The notes: generated from the sequence alone by a model not told the origin. A DNA stretch of 64,000 bases from an uncultured Clostridia bacterium (GCA_947625915.1 CANQPX010000002.1:40303-104302), one strand, 5' to 3'. Numbered from the stretch's first letter, positions 35,823-46,903 are shown. Numbers and translations: made by a program.

Positions 35823-35851
35823 TTGAAATGTGATACATAATCTGTTAAAAT
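35823..35851 (+). promoter_or_regulatory. sigma-A type promoter candidate for the glg operon
   Basis: TTGAAA (35823..35828), 17 nt, then TAAAAT (35846..35851). Confidence 0.5.
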
Positions 35852-35885
35852 AATAACATAAGAAATTGTGAAGGAGCATCCTCAT

Positions 35886-37928
35886 ATGTCTGATAATAAA
35901 AAATTACCGGAAAGCTATGAATTCCCCCTCCATGTTTTCCATGAAGGTACAAATTATACCTGCTTCGATTTCTTCGGCGCACATAAAGGCGAAAAAGACG
36001 GCAGGAAAGGCGTGTTCTTCCGCGTCTGGGCACCTCATGCCAGATCTGTGTCCATAGTCGGCGACTTCAACGACTGGGACCGCGACAAAAACCCCATGGA
36101 ACGGCTTGCGGACGAATCCGTCTGGGAGATCTTCCTTCCCGATATCCAACAGTATTTTACCTATAAATACAGCATCGAGACCGCTCATATGAGCATTGTA
36201 ATGAAAGCCGATCCCTTCGGCACACATATGGAGACCCGCCCCAATACCGCTACAAAATATTTCGATATCAGCGAGTATAAGTGGAACGACTCCAAATGGT
36301 ATAAAGAAAGAGATTCCAAGAATATCTACCAAAGCGCAATGAACATCTATGAGTGCCACCTCGGCTCATGGAGAACTTACGAAAACGACAAACCTTTCAA
36401 TTATGTGAAATTTGCCGAGGAAATGATACCCTATCTCAAAGATATGGGCTATACCCACCTCGAACTCATGCCCCTCGCCGAATATCCTTTCGACGGTTCA
36501 TGGGGATATCAGATAATCGGTTACTACGCTCCCACTTCCCGATACGGTACTCCCGAAGATATGATGAAAATGGTGGATATGTTCCATCAGGCGGGAATAG
36601 GCGTTATCCTCGACTGGGTACCCGCACATTTCCCCAAAGACGCCGCGGGACTTTTTGAATTCGACGGCGACTGCCTGTATGAATACACCGATCCCCTCAA
36701 AAAAGAACACGCTTCATGGGGAACGAGAGTGTTCGATTTCGGCAGACCCGAAGTAAATTCGTTCCTTATCTCAAACGCAATATACTGGATAGAAAAATTC
36801 CACCTCGACGGTCTGAGAGTCGACGCTGTCGCTTCAATGCTCTACCTCGACTACGACAGAAGAGAATGGAGACCGAATAAGGACGGCGGCAACGAGAACT
36901 ACGAAGCTATCGAGTTCCTGAGAAAACTCAATACCGCTGTTTTCGGACGATGCGGAAATGTCCTCATGATAGCCGAGGAATCCACCGCTTGGCCTCTGGT
37001 AACAAAACCTGCCGATGTGGGCGGTCTGGGCTTCAACTTCAAATGGAACATGGGCTGGATGAACGATATGCTCGACTATATGAGAATGGATCCCATCTTC
37101 CGCGCCAATAACCACGGAAAACTTACATTCTCCTTCTTCTACAGCTTCAGCGAGAACTATATCCTCCCGATCTCGCATGACGAAGTAGTCCACGGAAAAG
37201 CTTCACTTTTCAATAAAATGAGCGGACGATCAATGGAAGAAAAATTCGCTTCCCTCCGCGCTTTCCTTGCGTATATGTTCGCTCACCCCGGCAAAAAGCT
37301 AAACTTCATGGGAACAGAGTTCGCACAGGTCATCGAGTGGAACTACAAACAAGGTCTCGACTGGATGCTCCTTGACTACGAAACTCACAGAAAAATACAG
37401 GATTTCAACAGAGATCTCAATAAATTCTACCTCGCAAATTCTCCCCTCTGGGAAAACGATGAATCTTGGGAAGGCTTCTCTTGGATCTGCCACGACGACT
37501 ATATGCAGAGCATAATCTCCTTCCGCAGGATAGACAGGAGCGGGAACGAACTTATCGCCGTCTGCAACTTCGTTCCCGTCGGAAGAGACAACTACCGCAT
37601 AGGCGTTCCCTATGAGGGAACTTATGAACAGGTCCTCTGCACAGATGATGAAAAATACGGCGGCACCGGAGTCGTACAGAACGGAAAACTTAGATCGGAA
37701 GATTACTCCATGCACGGATACGATAATTCTATCGTGCTCGATATCCCCCCAATGAGCGTACTTTACTTCAAATGTACCCCAAAGAAAAAACGCGAACCTA
37801 AAGCCGATGCCCCTGCATCAAAAAGCGAAAAAACATCAAAAACCAAAAACACAAAGGAGGCGAACCCCGGATCCGGAAAAACTGCCGGCAAAAAAACAGG
37901 AGGGCGGAAAAAGAACGTCACTGAATAA
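35886..37928 (+). CDS. glgB: 1,4-alpha-glucan branching enzyme
   Basis: GH13 branching-enzyme motifs (DWVPAHF, GLRVDAV, AEESTAWP, SHDEVVHGK). ATG 35886 follows GAAGGAG. The GTG at 35868 in the ORF track overlaps that RBS. Confidence 0.9.
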   Translation: MSDNKKLPESYEFPLHVFHEGTNYTCFDFFGAHKGEKDGRKGVFFRVWAPHARSVSIVGDFNDWDRDKNPMERLADESVWEIFLPDIQQYFTYKYSIETAHMSIVMKADPFGTHMETRPNTATKYFDISEYKWNDSKWYKERDSKNIYQSAMNIYECHLGSWRTYENDKPFNYVKFAEEMIPYLKDMGYTHLELMPLAEYPFDGSWGYQIIGYYAPTSRYGTPEDMMKMVDMFHQAGIGVILDWVPAHFPKDAAGLFEFDGDCLYEYTDPLKKEHASWGTRVFDFGRPEVNSFLISNAIYWIEKFHLDGLRVDAVASMLYLDYDRREWRPNKDGGNENYEAIEFLRKLNTAVFGRCGNVLMIAEESTAWPLVTKPADVGGLGFNFKWNMGWMNDMLDYMRMDPIFRANNHGKLTFSFFYSFSENYILPISHDEVVHGKASLFNKMSGRSMEEKFASLRAFLAYMFAHPGKKLNFMGTEFAQVIEWNYKQGLDWMLLDYETHRKIQDFNRDLNKFYLANSPLWENDESWEGFSWICHDDYMQSIISFRRIDRSGNELIAVCNFVPVGRDNYRIGVPYEGTYEQVLCTDDEKYGGTGVVQNGKLRSEDYSMHGYDNSIVLDIPPMSVLYFKCTPKKKREPKADAPASKSEKTSKTKNTKEANPGSGKTAGKKTGGRKKNVTE

Positions 37929-37965
37929 TTTTCAATAAATCCCATAATATAGGAGGATAATCAGA

Positions 37966-39171
37966 ATGTATACGACTAAAAAAGAATGTGTTGCAATGCT
38001 GCTTGCAGGCGGACAGGGAAGCCGTCTGTATGCCCTGACCCATGATATGGCTAAACCTGCCGTTCCTTACGGCGGAAAATACCGTATCATCGACTTCCCG
38101 CTTTCAAACTGCATAAACTCCGGTATCGATACGGTCGGCGTACTTACACAGTACCAGCCGCTGGTATTGAACGACTACATCGGAAACGGTCAACCGTGGG
38201 ATCTGGATAAACAGTACGGCGGCGCACACTGCCTCCCTCCGTACCAGACGGCTCTCGGTGCCGAATGGTACAAAGGTACCGCAAACGCTATCTATCAGAA
38301 TATCGCTTTCGTGGATCGCTACGATCCCGAATATGTCATAATCCTCTCCGGCGACCATATCTATAAAATGGATTACAACAAAATGCTCGACTTCCATAAG
38401 GAAAAGAAAGCTGACGCTACTATCGCCGTTCTGGACGTTCCTAAGGAAGAAGCTTCCCGCTTCGGCATCATGACCGCCGATGAGAACGGCTTTATTACCG
38501 AATTCGAGGAAAAACCCAAGAACCCTAAGTCTACGCTTGCTTCAATGGGTATATACATCTTCACATGGAAGAAACTGAAACAGTACCTCATCGAAAACGA
38601 AAACGACGAGACCGCTTCCAAAGACTTCGGTAAGAATATTATCCCCGATATGCTCAATAATAAGGAAGTAATGGTGGCTTACCCGTTCGAGGGCTACTGG
38701 AAAGACGTCGGAACTCTCGATTCCCTCTGGGAAGCAAATATGGATCTTCTCAATCCGAATATCCCTATCGACCTGTACGATCCCGAGTGGAAAATGTATT
38801 CCAGAAATCCTATCATGCCTCCTCAGTATATCGGTCCCGATGCAGTTGTTGAAAATTCAATGATAACAGACGGCTGCGTTATCAACGGAACTATAGATTT
38901 CTCCGTAATTTTTGAGGGCGTTACCATCGAAGCCGGCGCAACAGTCACCGACTCAATAATCATGCCGGGTTCCGTTATCAAATCGGGCGCGATAGTTGAA
39001 TATGCTATCGTAGGCGAGAACTGCGTTGTAAATTCAGGCGTACAGATAGGCGCACGCCCCGAAACAGTCGAGAACAGAGACGACTGGGGAATTGCCGTTG
39101 TAGGACACAACATCACAATATCCGAAAATGCAAAGGTTCTTCCGAAGCAGATCATTTCGGAAAATATGTAA
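37966..39171 (+). CDS. glgC: glucose-1-phosphate adenylyltransferase
   Basis: 401-aa ORF with [12 protein letters not shown], the GKYRIIDF motif and a C-terminal left-handed beta-helix. Confidence 0.9.
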   Translation: MYTTKKECVAMLLAGGQGSRLYALTHDMAKPAVPYGGKYRIIDFPLSNCINSGIDTVGVLTQYQPLVLNDYIGNGQPWDLDKQYGGAHCLPPYQTALGAEWYKGTANAIYQNIAFVDRYDPEYVIILSGDHIYKMDYNKMLDFHKEKKADATIAVLDVPKEEASRFGIMTADENGFITEFEEKPKNPKSTLASMGIYIFTWKKLKQYLIENENDETASKDFGKNIIPDMLNNKEVMVAYPFEGYWKDVGTLDSLWEANMDLLNPNIPIDLYDPEWKMYSRNPIMPPQYIGPDAVVENSMITDGCVINGTIDFSVIFEGVTIEAGATVTDSIIMPGSVIKSGAIVEYAIVGENCVVNSGVQIGARPETVENRDDWGIAVVGHNITISENAKVLPKQIISENM

Positions 39172-39184
39172 GGAGGAACTGAAT

Positions 39185-40309
39185 ATGAGCAGCAACAGAA
39201 AAGTATTAGGTCTTATCTTCTCAAATATGCACGATAACACCATTCCCGATATCACAAAGGAAAGAACTATGGGTTCCGTACTCTTCGGCGGACGTTATCG
39301 TCTGATAGATTTCCCCCTCTCCGGCATGGTCAACAGCGGAGTCGATGAAGTGGGCGTTATCACAAAATCCAACTACCAGTCCCTGCTCGACCACCTCGGA
39401 AGCGGTCGTGAATGGGATCTGGCAAGAAAGATCGGCGGTCTCCACCTTCTCCCTCCTTTCAGCCACGTCCAGAGCGGTATGTACAGAGGAAGACTTGAAG
39501 CTCTTTACGGCGTTTGGGATTTCATAAAAACTTCCGACGCGGACTACGTTATCATGTCCGACTGCGATGTTGTGGCAAATATCGACTACTCAAAGATAGT
39601 TGACTATCACGTTGAAACAGGCGCTGATATCACGGCGGTATACGCAAAAGATGTCGTTACTACCGAACAGGCACAGCACGCTACCGTTTTCAGCATAAAC
39701 GATGATGGCAGGATCGTGGACGTGCTCATCAACCCCGTTATCAGCGGCGCCTGCAACATCTCCTTGAATATGTTCATACTTTCAAAGGAATTCCTCAAGA
39801 ACATAGTTCTCGAATCCGCTTCAAGGAGCCTTTACAGCTTTGAACAGGCTATCCTTCAGGCAAGAACTCATGAATATAAGATCATGGCTTACCGCTATGA
39901 CGGCTATTTCAGCAAGATCACATCCATGGAAACTTTCTATAAGGCAAATATGTCCCTGCTGAATACGGACAACCGTTCCAAGCTGTTCCTCGAAACAAGT
40001 CCTATCTACACAAAGGTAAGAGATAATCCTCCCGCTAAGTTCGCTATCGGAGCTTCCGTAAAGAACTCCCTTATCGGCGACGGCTGTATCATCGAGGGAA
40101 CAGTTGAAAATTCCGTCCTGTTCCGCGGCGTAAAGGTCGGCAAAGGCGCTGTTGTCAAGAATTCTATCCTTATGCAGGATACAAATATCGGCAGCAAGTG
40201 CGATATAAACTATGTAATTACCGATAAGAACGTCAAGATCAGCGATATGAGACTCCTCACAGGATCCCAGAACTATCCTCTGTTCCTCGGAAAGGGCGCT
40301 GTTATCTGA
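39185..40309 (+). CDS. glgD: glucose-1-phosphate adenylyltransferase regulatory subunit GlgD
   Basis: Paralogue of glgC that lacks the catalytic GGxGxRL loop (VLFGGRYRLIDF is retained). ATG 39185 follows AAGGAGG. Confidence 0.85.
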   Translation: MSSNRKVLGLIFSNMHDNTIPDITKERTMGSVLFGGRYRLIDFPLSGMVNSGVDEVGVITKSNYQSLLDHLGSGREWDLARKIGGLHLLPPFSHVQSGMYRGRLEALYGVWDFIKTSDADYVIMSDCDVVANIDYSKIVDYHVETGADITAVYAKDVVTTEQAQHATVFSINDDGRIVDVLINPVISGACNISLNMFILSKEFLKNIVLESASRSLYSFEQAILQARTHEYKIMAYRYDGYFSKITSMETFYKANMSLLNTDNRSKLFLETSPIYTKVRDNPPAKFAIGASVKNSLIGDGCIIEGTVENSVLFRGVKVGKGAVVKNSILMQDTNIGSKCDINYVITDKNVKISDMRLLTGSQNYPLFLGKGAVI

Positions 40310-40379
40310 TAACTGCGGATGCCGTGCGGAAACGTACGGCTTTCCGACTTGAATAATAATTGAAAGGAAAGTGCATTTT

Positions 40380-41804
40380 ATGAATATTTTATATGCTGCT
40401 TCGGAAGCTGTTCCTTACGCTGCATCAGGCGGACTTGCAGATGTTGCGGGTTCACTTCCCCGCGCTCTAAACGCTGCCGGACAGGATTGCCGCGTTGTTC
40501 TTCCTCTTTACAAGAGCACTAAGCCGGAGTTGCGTTCCGCGCTTGAATTTATAACAAATTTCACAGTTGACGTAGGCTGGAGAAAACAGTACTGCGGAGT
40601 TTTCAAAGGCGTTGCAGGCGGGGTTACATATTACCTGCTTGACAATGAATATTACTTCGGCAGAGACGGACTTTACGGCTTTTACGATGACTGCGAGCGT
40701 TTCGTTTTCCTTTCAAGAGCGATAATGGAAATGCTCAAACACATCGGCTGGAAACCCGATATCATCAACTGCAACGACTGGCAGACTGCGCTCGTTCCGG
40801 TATACTACAATGTATTCTACAAATACCAGTACGGTTACGACAATATCAAGACCGTGTTCACCATTCACAATATCCAGTATCAGGGCAAGTACGGCATGGA
40901 AGTCCTTAACGAAGTTCTGGGCATACCTATGTACCACACAAAACTGCTCGAATACGACGGCTGCGTTAACCTGATGAAAGGCGCGTTCGAGACCGCTGAC
41001 AAGATCACAACGGTATCTCCGAGTTATGCTTGGGAGATCCTCGATCCGTGGTATTCACACGGACTTGACAGAGCGCTCCAGAATAAGCAGTATAAGCTTA
41101 CAGGTTTCTTGAACGGTATAGATGTTGAAACATTTGACCCGGAAAAAGACCCGCTGCTCACAAAGAATTTCTCCACGAAAAATCTCAAGGGCAAAGCAGA
41201 GTGCAAAGCCGCGCTTCTTAACGAACTGCATCTTCAGGAAGGCGATGAGCCTGTTATCGGTATCATAACAAGATTTGTTTCCCACAAGGGAATTGATCTT
41301 ATCAAGTATGTTTTTGAGGATATGCTCAACATGGGCTGCAAATTCGCAGTTCTCGGCTCGGGCGAAAAGATCTACGAAGATTTCTTCAAGGAAATGGCTT
41401 GGAGACACCCTGACAAGGTAAGTGCCACCATAGGTTTCCTGCCCGATCTGGCAAGAAGGATCTATTCTTCCGCGGATATGTTCCTTATGCCGTCACAGAG
41501 CGAGCCTTGCGGACTTGCGCAGATGATCTCCCTGAGATACGGAACTATCCCTATAGTTCGTGAAACAGGCGGTCTCCGTGACAGTATCAGAGATGCAGGC
41601 GGCGAAAACGGCAACGGTTTCACATTCAAGACATATAACGCACATGATATGCTTGATGCTGTACGCCGTGCAAAGGAATACTATGACAACAAGTCCGCAT
41701 GGAAAAATCTTGTTATTGCAGCGATGAAGAATGATTACAGCTGGGCAAGATCGGCGGAACTTTACATGGGACTTTACAGGGAACTTTGCGGACAAAATCA
41801 ATAA
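40380..41804 (+). CDS. glgA: glycogen synthase (ADP-glucose type)
   Basis: MNILYAASEAVPYAASGGLADV start, then a GT5 pattern through PSQSEPCGLAQM. Confidence 0.9.
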   Translation: MNILYAASEAVPYAASGGLADVAGSLPRALNAAGQDCRVVLPLYKSTKPELRSALEFITNFTVDVGWRKQYCGVFKGVAGGVTYYLLDNEYYFGRDGLYGFYDDCERFVFLSRAIMEMLKHIGWKPDIINCNDWQTALVPVYYNVFYKYQYGYDNIKTVFTIHNIQYQGKYGMEVLNEVLGIPMYHTKLLEYDGCVNLMKGAFETADKITTVSPSYAWEILDPWYSHGLDRALQNKQYKLTGFLNGIDVETFDPEKDPLLTKNFSTKNLKGKAECKAALLNELHLQEGDEPVIGIITRFVSHKGIDLIKYVFEDMLNMGCKFAVLGSGEKIYEDFFKEMAWRHPDKVSATIGFLPDLARRIYSSADMFLMPSQSEPCGLAQMISLRYGTIPIVRETGGLRDSIRDAGGENGNGFTFKTYNAHDMLDAVRRAKEYYDNKSAWKNLVIAAMKNDYSWARSAELYMGLYRELCGQNQ

Positions 41805-41825
41805 TGATAAACAGCAAATAAAGAG

Positions 41826-41860
41826 TGCCTGCCGAAATTCGGCAGGCATTCTTTATTTTG
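41826..41860 (+). terminator. rho-independent terminator of the glg operon
   Basis: TGCCTGCCGAA-AT-TTCGGCAGGCA followed by TTCTTTATTTT. Confidence 0.7.
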
Positions 41861-41878
41861 GAAAATTAGTTGTAAAAA

Positions 41879-42203
41879 ATAATATAGTTGTTTGACATCG
41901 AACTATTTTTGAACAAATTGCTCTTTATTGCAAAACAGCTCACCGGGCTGTTTTGCAAGGCTTAAATGGTCTTAGCCGTTAATGCCAAGGGGAACGCTCT
42001 CTCTTGCAGAGCGTTCCCCTCTTGCCGCCCAAAGGGCGGCAATTCACCCCTTTGCAGAGGCGCCTTCGTAAAGGGGATTTCGCGCTCTGCGGAGCGCGAC
42101 GAGGGCTTCGCCCCTCGACCCCACCAGCGCGGCTGCGCTGGACCAGCTTTTCGGGCAAGGTTTTGTTTTTCGTTTTTTAGTTTGTCCGCGCCTGTTTTTT
42201 AAC
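41879..42203 (-). repeat. multi-hairpin intergenic element, copy 3
   Basis: Reverse-complement orientation. The GGCGCGGAC end (42185..42203 region) faces the stop of the minus-strand EAL gene. The full hairpin series is present. Confidence 0.85.
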
Positions 42204-42210
42204 AAAATAG

Positions 42211-42247
42211 ATCGGCTCCTCTGACGAGAAGCCGATAACTTTTTTTT
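42211..42247. terminator. hairpin terminator between the EAL gene and repeat copy 3
   Basis: ATCGGCT-loop-AGCCGAT, flanked by an A-run upstream and TTTTTTTT downstream. Confidence 0.5.
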
Positions 42248-44183
42248 AAACAGCAGTTTCCGATGCTTTGTACATGAAGTCTATGAACTCATCTTCCGGA
42301 ATAGGTTTCGAGAAATAATAACCTTGGATATATTCACAGTTAAGATCCGAAAATTTCTTAACAAGATTTTCCGTCTCAATGCCTTCCACAACTATATGCA
42401 TATCCATGTCTTTTAGCATTTTTATAGTGTTCCGCAAAACTATCCACATTCTCGGATTGTCTTCCTCATCGACAAAAGACTTATCCAGTTTAACTATTTT
42501 AAGCGGCAGCGAAGCAACGCTCTTTATATTGGAATAACCCGTTCCGTAATCGTCCAGCGAAAAACTTATGCCCGCCCTTGTAAGCTTTTCAATGTTCGCG
42601 GTCATAACGTTCTGCGCGTAATTTGCAGCTGTCTCGGTTATTTCGAGATTTATCTTATCCGCCGAGACTCCGAAACGTTTCATTGTGCTGAGCACTTTAT
42701 CCGCCAGATCTGACTGCATACACTGTGCAACGGAAAGGTTTATTTCGATATAGTCGAGCCCGAGTTTCTTGAAATCGGGGCCCGAAATGAACCTGCATAC
42801 TTCTTCCAGAACATAATCGCCTATCTTGTGTATCGCGCCGCTCCTTTCCGCTGCAACGATGAACAGATCCGGCGGAATGAAGCCGTGCTTTTCATCTTTG
42901 AGTCTGAGAAGTGCTTCCGCCGAAAGAAAACGCTTTTCTTCAACGGAATATATAGGCTGATAATATACTTCAAACTTTTTGTTCGCCAGAGCGGAATCTA
43001 TTATCATATCCAGTTCGTTTGTAAGCTGGAAACGGTTCTTTTTGGCGATCTCGGAAGTCTGCATAACTCTTCCTGAATAAGGATTTAAAATGTGGAAATC
43101 ATTTCCGAATGTCATGAGCGATTTGAAATCGTGTATATCCTCAGGGCATCTTGCAACGCACACATAAGCAATAAGGTTCAGTTCCATGCCGTTTATGACC
43201 ATGCTTGTTTTCAGCCGCTGATTTATTTTTTCCGCAGCGTCCTCGATCTTGCCGCGGTTCTTTTCGTTTACGACGAAGCGGAACCTTCCTCTGTCGAGGT
43301 AATAGATATCCGCGCCTGCCTTTATCTCTTTGTTTATGTCGTTGAGTTCGCCTGCGATCTTTACGAGGATAGCGTTGCTTGCGTCATAGCCGACTATGCC
43401 GAAAAGCGTTGTATAGTTTGCGATATTAAGCAGTATGACGCTTACTTTTTTCTCGTTATAGAAATTCCGTTTCATATCGTCCGTGTAAGCGGAATATTTT
43501 CTAAGGCTCGTCAGTGAATCGATGGTCTCCTCAGGTTTTTGTATGGTTATGGTAATGAGCAGGACGCATATCGCGTTGAAAAACATTTCAATTACGATCT
43601 CTTTGTTGAGCATCTGTATTATCACCGCAAAAAGCTGTATCGGGACAATAAGCAGCAAAGCGATGAACTTTCCCCGTGAGAAAAGTTTTCTGTGTATTAT
43701 GACGTAGATAAGTCCCGCAGCCATGAACGCGCCTGCAAGCAGGTACAATATGAAGAACAGTTTACCTCTGGTATACTTGTTGTTTTCATCGAAATAGAAC
43801 ATGAGGTTCGTTACGGGATTTAGTGCAAGCAGTATTATAAGCGCGGAATAAGGTACTATCGCACTCAGTTTGAACAGCAGACTGTGGCTCATCTTGTGCC
43901 ATCTGTCCGTAAGTGAGATAAGGTACAGCAGGAAACAGAACGAGGTAAGGTTATGGAACAGCAGATATCCCGTCTGGGAGATATATCTTGCCTGTATGCT
44001 CGCATTCGGGTCGGCATCGCATACCAGACCCCACAGGTCAAAAGCGGTGGAAACAAATGTCACTATAGCAACGAGCATAAGGAATTTGCCCTGACTGCCG
44101 CTTGTCATTTTACGGGATATTATAGAAAACAAAAGAAAGACCAGCAATATAAGCGCGCATACATCAAAAGAGATCATTCGCAT
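42246..44183 (-). CDS. membrane-anchored EAL-domain c-di-GMP phosphodiesterase with a degenerate GGDEF domain
   Basis: 645-aa ORF with about 6-7 N-terminal TM segments. The GGDEF-like region has DRGRFRF in place of GGDEF. The C-terminal EAL domain carries EALLR, EITE, DDYGTGYS and EGIE. Confidence 0.8.
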   Translation of the reverse strand: MRMISFDVCALILLVFLLFSIISRKMTSGSQGKFLMLVAIVTFVSTAFDLWGLVCDADPNASIQARYISQTGYLLFHNLTSFCFLLYLISLTDRWHKMSHSLLFKLSAIVPYSALIILLALNPVTNLMFYFDENNKYTRGKLFFILYLLAGAFMAAGLIYVIIHRKLFSRGKFIALLLIVPIQLFAVIIQMLNKEIVIEMFFNAICVLLITITIQKPEETIDSLTSLRKYSAYTDDMKRNFYNEKKVSVILLNIANYTTLFGIVGYDASNAILVKIAGELNDINKEIKAGADIYYLDRGRFRFVVNEKNRGKIEDAAEKINQRLKTSMVINGMELNLIAYVCVARCPEDIHDFKSLMTFGNDFHILNPYSGRVMQTSEIAKKNRFQLTNELDMIIDSALANKKFEVYYQPIYSVEEKRFLSAEALLRLKDEKHGFIPPDLFIVAAERSGAIHKIGDYVLEEVCRFISGPDFKKLGLDYIEINLSVAQCMQSDLADKVLSTMKRFGVSADKINLEITETAANYAQNVMTANIEKLTRAGISFSLDDYGTGYSNIKSVASLPLKIVKLDKSFVDEEDNPRMWIVLRNTIKMLKDMDMHIVVEGIETENLVKKFSDLNCEYIQGYYFSKPIPEDEFIDFMYKASETAV

Positions 44184-44333
44184 AATGAGCCGACTCCTTT
44201 CTATGTTTGATCGGAGAGAAATGGAAAAATTACAACTTTCTACTTAAAATTATAACACATTTTTTAAAGGAAAGCGACTATTTTACAAAAATATGTGTTA
44301 ATTTATTGTAAATTAATAATTAAAAGTTTGCTT

Positions 44334-45305
44334 TTAGTCGGCAAACAGTTTCGCCATGTCGGGGCGGATTTCGCTGAAAATTTCCTCGCGCTTCCCGTCA
44401 GACGGTCTGAAAAACCGCATTTCACCGCAGTGTAACGCCTGTTCTTTGCAGTGATCAAGGCTCCCGCCGTAAAAATCATCTCCCGCCAGCGGATATCCCA
44501 GTGAAGAAAAATGCACCCGTATCTGATGCGTTCGCCCCGTTTCGAGAACTATCCGCAAAAGAGAATGTTTTTCGCTGATTTTGAGTATGGTATATCTTGT
44601 TACCGCACGTTTCCCGTCGGGACGGACTTTCCTTTTTATTAGAGAATCTCCCGCTCTGCCTATGGGCGCGTCAATTACATACTCCCCGTCTGAACAGTAC
44701 CATTTTATGTCGGGAACTTCCGTTTCATGAGGTATCGGCACTCCTTCCGCAGCGGCAAAATATACCTTTGAGATCTTTCCGCTCAGCATATTTGCGGCAT
44801 AAGGCGACTTCGCCACCGCGCAAAGCCCCGAAGTATCCTTGTCGAGCCTGTTTATCGGACGGAAAGTAAGCTGCGGGAACAGTGCCGAAAAGTAATTCCC
44901 CAGCGTATCGTCCCTGTGCTTTATCGAAGGATGGACAGCCATTCCCGCGGGCTTGTCAAAAACTATTACATCGCTGTCCTCATACACCGCAGGAACGTAA
45001 AGTCCATAATTTGGCTCAAGGGGAAAACTTTCCCCTGTGCCGAGAGTCAGTATATCTCCTTCAAAGACTTTATCGCAGGTGCGTATGAACTTCCCGCCGC
45101 AAAGTATGCCGCCGTCGGTGCGTTTCAGTTTTACCGTAAGTCTCCGCGACACGCCGCAGCTTTTCAGGAATTCTCCGCAGGTGCGCCCGTCGGATCCTTT
45201 CCCCACAATAAATCTTGCCTGTATTTTTTCATCACGTTCAGACCGTAAGGGGAACTTCCGCGTTAACGGATCCATCCGTATGCTCCTCCTCAATATTTTC
45301 ATCAA
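44334..45305 (-). CDS. RluA-family 23S rRNA pseudouridine synthase
   Basis: S4-like N-terminus, the catalytic motif HRDDTLGN/NRLDKDTSG and the C-terminal GRTHQIRVH. The start is uncertain because the ORF overlaps the upstream gene end (the Met at 45275 is a candidate). Confidence 0.85.
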   Translation of the reverse strand: MMKILRRSIRMDPLTRKFPLRSERDEKIQARFIVGKGSDGRTCGEFLKSCGVSRRLTVKLKRTDGGILCGGKFIRTCDKVFEGDILTLGTGESFPLEPNYGLYVPAVYEDSDVIVFDKPAGMAVHPSIKHRDDTLGNYFSALFPQLTFRPINRLDKDTSGLCAVAKSPYAANMLSGKISKVYFAAAEGVPIPHETEVPDIKWYCSDGEYVIDAPIGRAGDSLIKRKVRPDGKRAVTRYTILKISEKHSLLRIVLETGRTHQIRVHFSSLGYPLAGDDFYGGSLDHCKEQALHCGEMRFFRPSDGKREEIFSEIRPDMAKLFAD

Positions 45306-46089
45306 GAATTATCTCATTTATTGCCGCCGTATATACCATATGTATATACGGTATAATGAATATCATGGGGAATATTATCAAACAGGGTATCAGCCACCAT
45401 GAAAGTGAGAACATCACTTCCGCGATGTACTTGCCTTTGCCTTTCATTATCCGTTTGCTTTCCGCGATAAGTTCGGCAGCGGTCTTGTCCGAGCCGAGAA
45501 CATAAAGATACGGTACAGCCGCATACCTGACATTCAGCATAAGTGCCGGTACGATAAGGCAGAAAGTCACCAACAGCGCTCCGAAGAACAGCATATAGTA
45601 CACTATGACATTTTCCACCACATTTCCCGCAAGTCCAACCAAGTAGAACAGCGCCGCCGCTATAAGAGCCAGCGGCAGGACGATGTAAAGCTTTTTTATG
45701 ATAAGTATACTGTTCAGCCGCAGCACCTGCCATAGTTTTCCCGATGAGGTGTAACAGCTGAAAATGCTTCTTGCGTGTACGGAAACTCCTCTTATCTGCT
45801 GTATCCTGTACCAGCCGACGCCGTATGACAGCGGAGTCACTGCGATAATAATGATTATTGCGGCAGCCGCAGCCGCAAGGAACAATTTTCCGTAGGAAAA
45901 TATCAGCACATCAGCTCCGACCGCACTGCTTTCCGGGTCAATGATAAGTTCTTCAGCGATAAGCACGGCAAGCACGAACATTGCCGCTCCGCCTACGGTC
46001 AGGAAAAACACCGTACACAGTTCGCCGAAACAGTACATCATTCTTGCGAACACATTTTTTTTAAGTTCTTTAGGGCTTTTCAAGGTCAT
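45238..46089 (-). CDS. DUF975-like polytopic membrane protein
   Basis: 283-aa ORF with about 6 TM segments. The family assignment is from memory. Confidence 0.45.
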   Translation of the reverse strand: MTLKSPKELKKNVFARMMYCFGELCTVFFLTVGGAAMFVLAVLIAEELIIDPESSAVGADVLIFSYGKLFLAAAAAAIIIIIAVTPLSYGVGWYRIQQIRGVSVHARSIFSCYTSSGKLWQVLRLNSILIIKKLYIVLPLALIAAALFYLVGLAGNVVENVIVYYMLFFGALLVTFCLIVPALMLNVRYAAVPYLYVLGSDKTAAELIAESKRIMKGKGKYIAEVMFSLSWWLIPCLIIFPMIFIIPYIHMVYTAAINEIILDENIEEEHTDGSVNAEVPLTV

Positions 46090-46112
46090 GCACTTCCTTT
46101 CGGACAGATCTG

Positions 46113-46736
46113 TCAGTTCTGTTCGCTGCCGGGGATCTTGCCGAGTATTTCAAAGGTATTGCCGTTCTGCCACATCATCGCGCTAACGAGGATCTCATAG
46201 CCTTCCCCGGGACCGCAGGCGAATTCCATAGGCTTCATTTTAGGCAGACCGAAGCAGGACATCATATTCATCAGTATTCCCGAATGTGTAACAACGCCCG
46301 TATGAGTAAAACCGTTTTTCATCATATCCATTATCATAAGGTTGAGGGCGGAATAGCATCTTAACATCATGTTCCTCAGGCTCTCGCCGTTGGGAGGAGG
46401 GTTGTCAAGACCGCCTTTGAGCCATTTTTTGTAACTGTCAAGACCGATAAGTTCCTCTGCGGCAATATTTTCAAATACGCCGAAATCCATTTCCCGCAGG
46501 TCGTCAACGATCACTATCTCTCTTTCGGGGAAAAGTATCTCCGCCGACTGAACGGCTCTTTCCAACGGGCTCGAGTAGACTCTCTGTACCTTAGGGTACT
46601 CAAGAAGGTCGTATTTATCCTGTAAAGCTTCTCTGCCCGCGTCCGAAAGCGGAAGATCGGTCTTTCCGATATAAACGCCGTTTTCATTAGCTTCGGTAAG
46701 ACCGTGGCGGAGTATGCTCAATCTGTAACCTTTCAT
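46113..46736 (-). CDS. histidine phosphatase (phosphoglycerate mutase) family protein
   Basis: 207-aa ORF with the N-terminal catalytic motif ILRHGLTEAN. Confidence 0.8.
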   Translation of the reverse strand: MKGYRLSILRHGLTEANENGVYIGKTDLPLSDAGREALQDKYDLLEYPKVQRVYSSPLERAVQSAEILFPEREIVIVDDLREMDFGVFENIAAEELIGLDSYKKWLKGGLDNPPPNGESLRNMMLRCYSALNLMIMDMMKNGFTHTGVVTHSGILMNMMSCFGLPKMKPMEFACGPGEGYEILVSAMMWQNGNTFEILGKIPGSEQN

Positions 46737-46837
46737 ATTTTACCGTTCCTTTCAAATATCCGGTCAAAGCCGGAACAAGTATACTATATGTACAAAAAAT
46801 CCGCTGAACATTTATCGACTTTTTTTGCCGAAAGCTA

Positions 46838-46866
46838 TTTACAAATTGTACGCAATGAGTTATAAT
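46838..46866 (+). promoter_or_regulatory. sigma-A promoter candidate for the HTH regulator
   Basis: TTTACA (46838..46843), 17 nt, then TATAAT (46861..46866). Confidence 0.55.
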
Positions 46867-46903
46867 TTACTGTGTGTAGAACTAAAATTACTTAGGAGGT
46901 GAC

